Source: Escherichia coli
GTDB taxonomy: Bacteria; Pseudomonadota; Gammaproteobacteria; Enterobacterales; Enterobacteriaceae
NCBI RefSeq assembly: GCF_003334305.1
Contig: NZ_QOWS01000026.1
Reading direction: 5' to 3' (one strand)
DNA length: 64,000 nt
The notes beneath the pieces are model-generated. The model did no database searches and was not told where the DNA came from. It saw nothing but the letters and a program-made list of their open reading frames with translations. The position numbers were made by a program, and so were the translations under genes. This document shows positions 23,674 to 31,052 of the stretch, in pieces; positions within the stretch are counted from its first letter, which is position 1; every line of letters begins with the position of its first letter.

Positions 23674-23892
23674 TCATTCCTTATGCTCCTTACACTGATC
23701 ATCAACACCAACTGTCTCACCCCTTTGCCTGCCTCTCTTTGCTTTACGCACCGGAAATTGCTGCCGCTCCAGATATTGCTCAACCGCTTCGCGTAAAATT
23801 GCAGATCGTGAAACCTTACGCCAGCCCCGAAGCTTGTTCAGCCGTTTAATTGCCTCTTCTGATAAATGAAGAAAAACCGTATTCATCGCCAT
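23674..23892 (-). CDS. yiiE: Small ribbon-helix-helix DNA-binding protein YiiE (paralogue of YiiF)
   Basis: Track ORF 23674..23919. The ATG at 23892 is preceded by aaggtgg. It reads MAMNTVFLHLSEEAIKRLNKLRGWRKVSRSAILREAVEQYLERQ..., 72 aa. Confidence 0.82.
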   Translation of the reverse strand: MAMNTVFLHLSEEAIKRLNKLRGWRKVSRSAILREAVEQYLERQQFPVRKAKRGRQRGETVGVDDQCKEHKE

Positions 23893-23987
23893 TACCACCA
23901 CCTTACATATATTACTCATTAATGTATGTGCGAAAATTACGCCGGAAAATCATTTAAAAAAAGCGGATTTTTGCATGTTGTTTTGTT

Positions 23988-24007
23988 TTTGCGAGGTGTT
24001 TTCCAGA
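23988..24007 (-). promoter_or_regulatory. Conserved 20-bp box, copy 2 (upstream of yiiE)
   Basis: The minus strand reads TCTGGAAAACACCTCGCAAA, about 96 nt upstream of the yiiE ATG. The flanking AACTGCAAC is also shared with copy 1. Confidence 0.4.
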
Positions 24008-24496
24008 AATAATAAGAGTGTTGCAGTTGTTTCATTTATTACTCAAAAATGGTTTAGTTATCGCCCAGGATGAGTTATGGATGCTATGAATATATTATAT
24101 TCAGGGATGTTTATTTTTTGATTGGATCTTTATTTGCATAATCTGAATGGTGTACCCGAAAAATGTCAGCATCCTAACAGCACCCGGATTTAAGGTGAAA
24201 TTAATCATCCATCACAGACCGGTCAGTACTGCCACCAACCGGTCTTTACTTGTTCATCGTTATAATTTTGTTGGTAACAGTTCGGGAAACAAGGAATTCC
24301 TTCCGGAACCCCCCGGTATCATCCGATAGCATTGACGTCAATCATCAGCGCGACGATGAGTTTTTTTAATCGCATCATAGGGTGGCGACGTTCAGCACGA
24401 TTACGGGTCATAGCAAAACTCCTGGGCAGGCGACCACTATGCCGCTTTCACAGGAGTTCTGAATGCTAGTGCTTTCTGTATGGCATAACCATGCCT

Positions 24497-24787
24497 CTAA
24501 CGGTTAAGTGCTTGCAGCACATGTTGCGGATCATTGGCAATCGCTCGCAGCAAAGCCTTTGCAGGCCCGGTCGGTGAACGTCGCCCCTGCTCCCAGTTAC
24601 GCAACGTGTCTACGCTTACAGAAATAAGATCGGCAAATTTAGATTGTGACAACCCTGAAGCGCGGCGTATTTCTTTGATTTTCATAGCATCAACTTCAAA
24701 AGTCCGCGAAGGCTGTCGCGTTCCTTCAATAATTTCATTCATCTGGGCCATGCTGTGAGTCAACCGCTCAAAAAGTGCCTTATCCAT
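24497..24787 (-). CDS. XRE-family HTH antitoxin (HigA-2 type)
   Basis: 96 aa. IKEIRRASGLSQSKFADLISVSVDTLRNWEQGRRSPTGPAKALL is a Cro/C1-type HTH. Its ATG directly abuts the stop of the upstream toxin ORF (TGGTAAATG). Confidence 0.8.
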   Translation of the reverse strand: MDKALFERLTHSMAQMNEIIEGTRQPSRTFEVDAMKIKEIRRASGLSQSKFADLISVSVDTLRNWEQGRRSPTGPAKALLRAIANDPQHVLQALNR

Positions 24788-25099
24788 TTACCACCTCGTA
24801 TTTAACAACCGGAGCATTGCTTTTTCCTGGGGAGACAGATCATCTTTAATACCCTTACGATAAATAAGCAGTAATCTGATCTCATAATGTTTAACCTGAT
24901 GAAAGTAAATAACCCTGACACCAGCACGTTTCCCCTTTCCTCCTGAAACCCATCGAACCTTTCTTAACCCACCAGTTTCAGGTATTACCTCACCATAGTC
25001 AGGATTCAAGGCCAGGAAAAACTGAAAACGACTGAATTCATCGTCGGTCAGCAGTTTTTGAACATCTTCAGTAAAAATTTCCGTTTCGATGAAGAGCAT
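24788..25099 (-). CDS. RelE/ParE-superfamily toxin (HigB-2 type)
   Basis: 103 aa, MLFIETEIFTEDVQKLLTDDEFSRFQFFLALNPDYGEVIPETGGLRKVRWVSGGKGKRAGVRVIYF.... The pattern resembles Vibrio HigB-2 as I recall it (GGLRK.R...GKGKRGG.R.IY). The toxin-first gene order is typical of hig loci. Confidence 0.75.
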   Translation of the reverse strand: MLFIETEIFTEDVQKLLTDDEFSRFQFFLALNPDYGEVIPETGGLRKVRWVSGGKGKRAGVRVIYFHQVKHYEIRLLLIYRKGIKDDLSPQEKAMLRLLNTRW

Positions 25100-25136
25100 A
25101 ATTATACGCCATTGGCTTAGAGTAACAATCCTTTTT

Positions 25137-25153
25137 GTACGTCATTGACGTAC
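25137..25153. promoter_or_regulatory. Perfect palindrome, candidate antitoxin operator
   Basis: gtacgtca-t-tgacgtac has 8-bp arms and lies 38-54 bp upstream of the toxin ATG. Confidence 0.45.
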
Positions 25154-25220
25154 CCTTGAAACCACTAGCTTACTGATAGTGCTCCAGCAAAACCACGTCT
25201 CTGCCGGGTTTGTCTTTAGA

Positions 25221-25240
25221 TTTGCGAGGCGCTTTCCAGA
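25221..25240 (-). promoter_or_regulatory. Conserved 20-bp box, copy 3 (upstream of the toxin gene)
   Basis: The minus strand reads TCTGGAAAGCGCCTCGCAAA, about 122 nt upstream of the toxin ATG. Confidence 0.35.
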
Positions 25241-25327
25241 TTTTTCACGCCCGTGAATTTCCCTGTATCCATCCAGCAAAAACGGGTGTATAAGACTGTA
25301 CATTCATACAGCAAAATAAGTTCTACT

Positions 25328-26236
25328 ATGGCACTGGAAAAAGGAATTGCAGAGTTAGTCGAAAAGTTTATCGCTGCGGGTCGCCCCTCATCGCGTCAAC
25401 AAAGTATTGCGCAGCGCAGGGAGGGCTATATCGCCAGCGCTGTCCTTGCGGGTGAGACAGAAACGCGGGTAGATATTCAGACTATCGAACTTGAAGGGAT
25501 GACCTTACGAATAGTGTCGCCGCTGAATGCCCCGACATTACTCCCGACGATAATTTATTACTACGGTGGCTGTTTTGTTAGCGGCGGGTTCGCAACTCAC
25601 GACAACCAGCTGCGCCAGTTAGCCTATTACGGGCAATGTCGGGTTATTGCCGTCCAGTATCGGCTGGCACCGGAACATACTTTCCCCGCCGCCCATGATG
25701 ATGCGCAACGAGGTGCAGAAATAGTCTGGCAACACGCCGAACGACTCGGCGTTGATAAACAACGTATAACTCTTGCCGGTGACAGTGCGGGCGGACATCT
25801 GGCGCTGGTAACTGCTTTGCGATTAAAGCGTGCTGGCGAGTGGCAACCGGCACAACTCATCTTAATTTATCCTATGCTTGATGCGACTGCGCATTTCGAA
25901 AGCTACATACGCAATGGTCACGATTACATCATCACACGCGACACTTTACTGAGCGGCTTTGAGATGTATCTGCCAGGCATTGAACGCAGGCATCCTGAAG
26001 CCAGCCCTCTTTGGCGCGATGATTTCAATGGCTTGCCACCTGTACATATCATTACCGCTGAATACGACCCACTTTGCGATGAAGGTGAAGCGTTGTATCA
26101 CCGCATGACAGGGCAAGGAGTGCAATGCACCTGCCAACGCTACCTTGGCGTTATCCACGGATTTTTTCAGTTAGGTGGTATCAGCGAGGCCGCGCGATCG
26201 GCACTACGGGATGTTGCCTGGAGAGCGGGAAGGTAA
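25328..26236 (+). CDS. Alpha/beta-hydrolase, hormone-sensitive-lipase family (family IV esterase)
   Basis: Track ORF 25253..26236 has a GTG start. The ATG at 25328 (MALEKGIAELVEKF...) gives the usual ~80 aa before the oxyanion-hole block. Motifs present are GDSAGG (nucleophile elbow), EYDPLCDEG (Asp) and GVIHGF (His). Confidence 0.8.
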   Translation: MALEKGIAELVEKFIAAGRPSSRQQSIAQRREGYIASAVLAGETETRVDIQTIELEGMTLRIVSPLNAPTLLPTIIYYYGGCFVSGGFATHDNQLRQLAYYGQCRVIAVQYRLAPEHTFPAAHDDAQRGAEIVWQHAERLGVDKQRITLAGDSAGGHLALVTALRLKRAGEWQPAQLILIYPMLDATAHFESYIRNGHDYIITRDTLLSGFEMYLPGIERRHPEASPLWRDDFNGLPPVHIITAEYDPLCDEGEALYHRMTGQGVQCTCQRYLGVIHGFFQLGGISEAARSALRDVAWRAGR

Positions 26237-26251
26237 CTTCGGACCTGGGCC

Positions 26252-26284
26252 CTGAAAAGGTTTTCAGATTGAAAACCTTTTCAG
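26252..26284. terminator. Bidirectional hairpin between the convergent esterase gene and yiiD
   Basis: ctgaaaaggttttc-agatt-gaaaaccttttcag has a perfect 14-bp stem. Confidence 0.7.
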
Positions 26285-26299
26285 TCAAGTAAAACGCCC

Positions 26300-27289
26300 C
26301 TACTCTTCTTCGTTCCCGCCCTCTTCATACGGGCCAAATGGCTTCGCGGGCAGAACGATATACGTGCCTTCAAACACTGCACCCGGCGTCTCGTCGCCAA
26401 AGATTTCAACTTGCATCTGCACCCGTGCTTTTCGTCCGCGCGCCAGACGGTCGAGATCGCCGCTTAAGGCACCAAGGTCGGCTATCGCATGAGGTTTACC
26501 GCTAATCGGCTTGCTGTAGCGGATATGCGCATCCGCCAGAATAATCGTTCCGCCGAGATGGCGTTCGCGCAGCATCAGCCAGATAAGCCCCCAACCGGTG
26601 AGCGTCGCCAGCGAGAATAAACTCCCGGCAAACAGCGTATGGTGCGGATTCTGATTGCCGGTTTCCGGCATGGTGGTGATAAATTTTTGCCCGGTATATT
26701 GTTGAATGCGCACGCCCATTTTTTCGCTTAATGGAATGTGTTCATACCACGCCTGTTGCAGCTGGGCGCACCAGTCACCGCGATGCAGAATATCATCCAG
26801 AGTGGCAACGGGTTTAATCATCAAAAAATGGCGAATCGGCGTGGTAGTTGGGGTGGTGATCTCCCCCTGATTAATGAATCCCAGCTTGGCGAAAAACTCC
26901 ACCGCGTCTTCACGGGCGCTACAGGTCACGCGCTTAACGCCTTCCTGACGCGCCACCGACTCCAGGGTCATCGCCATCAGCGTTCCTAACCCTTTGTCCT
27001 GCACGTCGGGATGAACGGCCATAAAGCGAATGGACGCTTCATTGTCGGCATTAATATACAATCGGCCTACCGCCACCAGATTACCCTGCTCGTCGACGAC
27101 CATCTGGTGATGCGCCATCGCATCCCACGCGTCGCGTTCCGAACCTTTTGGTTGATGCAGGGGCTTACGCAACATTTCCCAGCGAAACTGATAGTAACGC
27201 TCTAATTCTTCTTCTGTTTGTGGAACCCGAAGGTGATACATAGCGATACTCTCTCTTGTTTCCCGTGACAACCCTGGAAGCTGGCTCAT
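26300..27289 (-). CDS. yiiD: GNAT acetyltransferase / hotdog thioesterase fusion protein YiiD
   Basis: 329 aa. The N-terminal GNAT domain reads [31 protein letters not shown], and the C-terminal half is thioesterase-like. YiiD has been reported as a malonyl-ACP decarboxylase (my recollection). Confidence 0.9.
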
Positions 27290-27723
27290 ACCTGCAACCA
27301 GAATGTCACGGGGCCATCATTGACCAGCGATACCTGCATATCGGCAGCGAAGCGTCCTGTTTGCGTGTTCATCTCTTGCTGGCGGCAGCGTTCGACGAAA
27401 TAGTCATATAACGCCTCTGCGCGATCCGGTGATGCGCCTTTGGAGAAACTTGGGCGCATCCCTCGTTCGGTATCTGCGGCGAGGGTAAACTGGGAAACCA
27501 CCAGTACACTGCCGCCCGCCTGTTGCACGTTGAGATTCATCTTGCCTTCGGCATCGCTAAAGATGCGGTAGCCGAGCACACGCTCGCACAGACGGTTTGC
27601 TTTCTGTTCGTCGTCATCCTTTTCGACACCCAATAACACCAAAAGTCCCGCGCCAATTTCGCCCGTCACTTCTCCCTCCACGGTGACGCTGGCACGGGTT
27701 ACGCGTTGAATTAATGCAATCAT
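27286..27723 (-). CDS. dtd: D-aminoacyl-tRNA deacylase
   Basis: 145 aa, [45 protein letters not shown]...SQFTLAADT... It overlaps yiiD by 4 nt. Confidence 0.95.
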
Positions 27724-28592
27724 GGTTCGTCGTCTTCTTCTTGTTCAGCTGCTTGTTTTAGTTTGCGGTATTCCCCGAGAGTGACAGTAATTTCCGCGCC
27801 AAGCAAGACGATACACCATGTCCAGTAGACCCAAACAAAGAGAATGGGGATCACCGCCAGCACGCCGTAAATGAGCTGATATGACGGGAACATGGTGATA
27901 TAAAGCGCGAAACCTTTCTTTCCTGCTTCGAACAGGAGTGCAGCGACAAACGCGCCGACAATCGCGTCGCGGTTAGGTACGCGGATGGTAGGAACAATGC
28001 TGTACAGCAACCAGAAGGAGATCCACGACAACAGCAGCGGAAAAATACGCAGCACGTTGTCGATGACAGTATTGAGATCGCTCGCCCAGCGCAGGGAGAG
28101 CAAATAGGAACTGATCGCCAGACTGGCCCCTGCCAGCAGCGGCCCCAGCGTTAAAATCATCCAGTACACGGCAAACGAGTAAATTTTTGGTCGCGCTCGT
28201 TTACTGCGCCAGATGGTATTCAACGCGCTATCGATGGAGTACATCAACAATAATGCGGTGACGATCAGCCCGCACGCGCCAACGGCGGTCATCTTGTTGG
28301 AATTGGCAACAAATTGTTCGATATACCGCTGAATAACATCGCCAGTAGCAGGCAGAAAGTTGGCAAAAATAAAGTGACGCAACTGAATGCTGACGTCGGA
28401 AAACATGGGAAAAGCGGCGAAAAGCGCAAAAACAACGGCAACCAGCGGCACTAATGAGAGCAAAGACACATAGGCAAGGTTACCTGCCAGGGTTGTCATG
28501 TTGTCCTCATCAATACGTTGCCAGAGTAGTTTTAGCCAGGCCCATAGTGGACGAGTACGGTGCCTGGCTTTGTCCTGAATGGTTTTTAGCAT
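27720..28592 (-). CDS. yihY: Inner-membrane protein YihY (BrkB/UPF0761 family; formerly mis-assigned as RNase BN)
   Basis: 290 aa polytopic protein, [50 protein letters not shown]... It overlaps dtd by 4 nt. Confidence 0.9.
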
Positions 28593-29185
28593 AACACCTT
28601 CGCGAAATAGTCCGGGATGGTGGTTTTATCTTTCACCAGAATACTGGTAATGCCCAGCTGATTGGCTCCTTCTATATTATCGGCGTTATCGTCGAAAAAG
28701 ACCGTATCGCTGGGTGAAAAACCTTCCGCCTGCAAAACATGCTGGTAAATTCGTGCTTCAGGTTTGCGCATCCCCAGATCTTGCGACAGATAGATATGGT
28801 CAGCAGCATCACGAATTTCCGGGTATTCTTCCGGCCAGAAGGTGGTATGCAGGCGGTTGGTATTGGAAAGCACCACCACGCGATGCCCCTGCTCACGCAG
28901 TTTATGCATGATGGCGATCACTTCCGGGCGCAGCGCAACAAACACCGCCTGCCAGCCGTGAGAGAACTGCTCGTAGCTTAGCGGTAGAGCCATCTCATGA
29001 CACAGCGCCTCTGCGAACGCTTCGTCGCTAATTTCCCCACGCTCATGCTGATGAAACGCCTCCCCCATATGAAAACTCTTCTTAAGCGATGCCAGCGGAA
29101 TACGCGTTAAATCGCTCCAGGCTCCCAGCACACGGTTAAAGTCGATATCGACAATCACATTACCTAAATCAAAGATATAGAGCAT
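28586..29185 (-). CDS. yihX: HAD-family alpha-D-glucose-1-phosphate phosphatase
   Basis: Track ORF 28586..29206. The ATG at 29185 is preceded by aaggagg. [16 protein letters not shown] carries the HAD DxG/DxD motif. 199 aa. Confidence 0.9.
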
Positions 29186-29283
29186 TTTTGCCTCCTTTCG
29201 CGCCACAAGAAATTAACTGTAGCGGGAAAGGATGGGTTTGGCTATGTGGCAAGGTATGAAGCCAGGTTAACGGTCACAAAAAT

Positions 29284-30069
29284 CTACGCGTCTTCCTGGG
29301 GAAGAATGATTTCAATTTGGCTGTCTTGTAAGCGTGATTTTAGCGCAGCGGGCGGCAGCTCGTCGGTAAAGAGCGCAGTGACCTGTGCCACGTTACCAAT
29401 TTCAACCGCCGCCGAAGCATGATACTTAGTGTGATCGGCGACCAGCAGAATATTTCTCGCGTGCGCCATCATCGTTTTCACCACGTTAGCTTCGTTTACA
29501 TCAAACTCCATCAACGCGCCATCGCTCTCAATCGCCCCAACGCTTGTTACCAGATAATCAGCACGAAAATCAGCCACAAAGGACGCCGCTGAAGGGCCAA
29601 TGATCCCGCTATTATGAGAGCGCAACGTACCGCCGGGCACCATCACTTCAAAGCGCGGGTTGTGGTAAAGAATATGCGCCACACGCAGGCTGTTGGTGAT
29701 TATCCGCAAATGATTATGGTTAAGTAACGCCCGGGCAACATGCTCAACAGTCGTACCAATGGTGATAAATATTGTTGAACCATCAGGAATATAGTCTGCC
29801 ACCGCTTCGGCAATCGCTTTTTTTTCCTCGGTTTGCGAAACCTCACGCTGCTCGAACGCCGTATTAACGACGCTGGAAGCCCGACCCGCGCCACCGTGAT
29901 GGCGCGTAATCAGGCCTTGCTCGCTTAATTTACGAATATCCCGGCGGACCGTCTGCGTGGAGACATCCAGCAGATTTGCCAGCTCATCAATATTCATATA
30001 CCCACGCTCGGCGATCAGCATGAGGAGTTGGTCGTGCCGCGGGTTACCGGTTAGTTCGGTAAGGCTCAT
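29284..30069 (-). CDS. csqR: DeoR-family repressor of the sulfoquinovose cluster (CsqR)
   Basis: Track ORF 29284..30093. The ATG at 30069 is preceded by gagga. It reads MSLTELTGNPRHDQLLMLIAERGYMNIDELANLLDVSTQTVRRDIRKL, 261 aa (YihW). Confidence 0.9.
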   Translation of the reverse strand: MSLTELTGNPRHDQLLMLIAERGYMNIDELANLLDVSTQTVRRDIRKLSEQGLITRHHGGAGRASSVVNTAFEQREVSQTEEKKAIAEAVADYIPDGSTIFITIGTTVEHVARALLNHNHLRIITNSLRVAHILYHNPRFEVMVPGGTLRSHNSGIIGPSAASFVADFRADYLVTSVGAIESDGALMEFDVNEANVVKTMMAHARNILLVADHTKYHASAAVEIGNVAQVTALFTDELPPAALKSRLQDSQIEIILPQEDA

Positions 30070-30102
30070 GAAAATTCCTCGAAAAACCATCACCCTGGCA
30101 TT

Positions 30103-30999
30103 TTATACAAAAAGTGACAAAAAAGATCGGGTTTGATCACAGTCAGGGATCCCGGCTCGTCCACCGGGACGTGTGCATTTTAACGCCGCTACACCGCTGG
30201 CGAAGCGGACTGACTCCGCTAAATCCCCACTTGTTGCCAGCGCCACCGCCAAAGCGCCGTGAAAAACATCACCCGCACCTGTGGTATCTACCACATCAAC
30301 TTTGAAGGCCGGTTGATGCTGACGCCCACCATTTTCCAGCCAGTCGCAGCCTGCGCTACCCTGGGTCACATAGACATGACCATTTGTGAGCGTTTGTGCC
30401 TGTTTTAGCGCACTGGCCATCTCTTTCACGCCCGTTAAGCGCGCCAGACCCGGTTCTGAAAAGGCCGCGTGATCGCTTAATGCCACCAGCTCACTGATAT
30501 CCTGCGGCGTAATGTCCCCGTCCAGAACGGTCATCACACCCGCCTGACGGGCCAGGGTGAAGGCTTTTTTAGCGCCGTCGTGCCAGCGTACATCTGCCAG
30601 CACAACATCCCACTGAGAGAAATCAATTTCCTCCAACCACTCTGCGTCAGGCAGCAGATCCGGGCTGGGGTAGTTAATGATTATCCGCTCGCCTTTGGTA
30701 TCCACCATGATGGCGGATTGCGAAGATTTCGCCTGGTTATACCGTTTGGTGTAACGGGTGTTAACGCCCCAGGATTCCAGCTCTGCCAGCAGGCTGTTGC
30801 CCGTGTCGTCATCACCTACGCGACCAATAAAATCGACCTGCGCCCCCAGCCTTGCCGCCGCAACCGCTGCCGTCGCCGCTGGCCCGCCACCAACTTCCGT
30901 ATAATTTCTCGCCACGTATTTACCGCTCTCCGTCGGTAACCCTTCCACGTAATAGATGCGATCCATCACGGTTATACCTACACAAGCAACACGAATCAT
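30103..30999 (-). CDS. yihV: 6-deoxy-6-sulfofructose kinase (PfkB family)
   Basis: Track ORF 30103..31005. The ATG at 30999 follows aagga. It reads MIRVACVGITVMDRIYYVEGLP...DTTGAGDVFHGALAVAL (PfkB signature), 298 aa. Confidence 0.92.
   Translation of the reverse strand: MIRVACVGITVMDRIYYVEGLPTESGKYVARNYTEVGGGPAATAAVAAARLGAQVDFIGRVGDDDTGNSLLAELESWGVNTRYTKRYNQAKSSQSAIMVDTKGERIIINYPSPDLLPDAEWLEEIDFSQWDVVLADVRWHDGAKKAFTLARQAGVMTVLDGDITPQDISELVALSDHAAFSEPGLARLTGVKEMASALKQAQTLTNGHVYVTQGSAGCDWLENGGRQHQPAFKVDVVDTTGAGDVFHGALAVALATSGDLAESVRFASGVAALKCTRPGGRAGIPDCDQTRSFLSLFV
30109..30118. promoter_or_regulatory. AAAAAGTGAC repeat, copy upstream of csqR (candidate CsqR operator half-site)
   Basis: An exact 10-mer, 40-50 bp upstream of the csqR ATG, overlapping the last codons of yihV. 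Confidence 0.35.
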
Positions 31000-31052
31000 G
31001 GTCATTCCTTAAACATTTTGGGATGCGTTCATTTTAATTTCACCAATTGTTT

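Noticed and set aside
25100-25106. A consensus TATAAT one nucleotide upstream of the toxin ATG (with TTGTTA 16 nt further up), considered as a promoter for a leaderless toxin mRNA
   Set aside because: A -10 hexamer ending 1 nt before the ATG would place the transcription start inside the ORF (about 5-9 nt downstream), so it cannot yield a leaderless mRNA starting at the A of ATG. The hexamer is probably incidental. The lack of an SD for this ORF remains unexplained.
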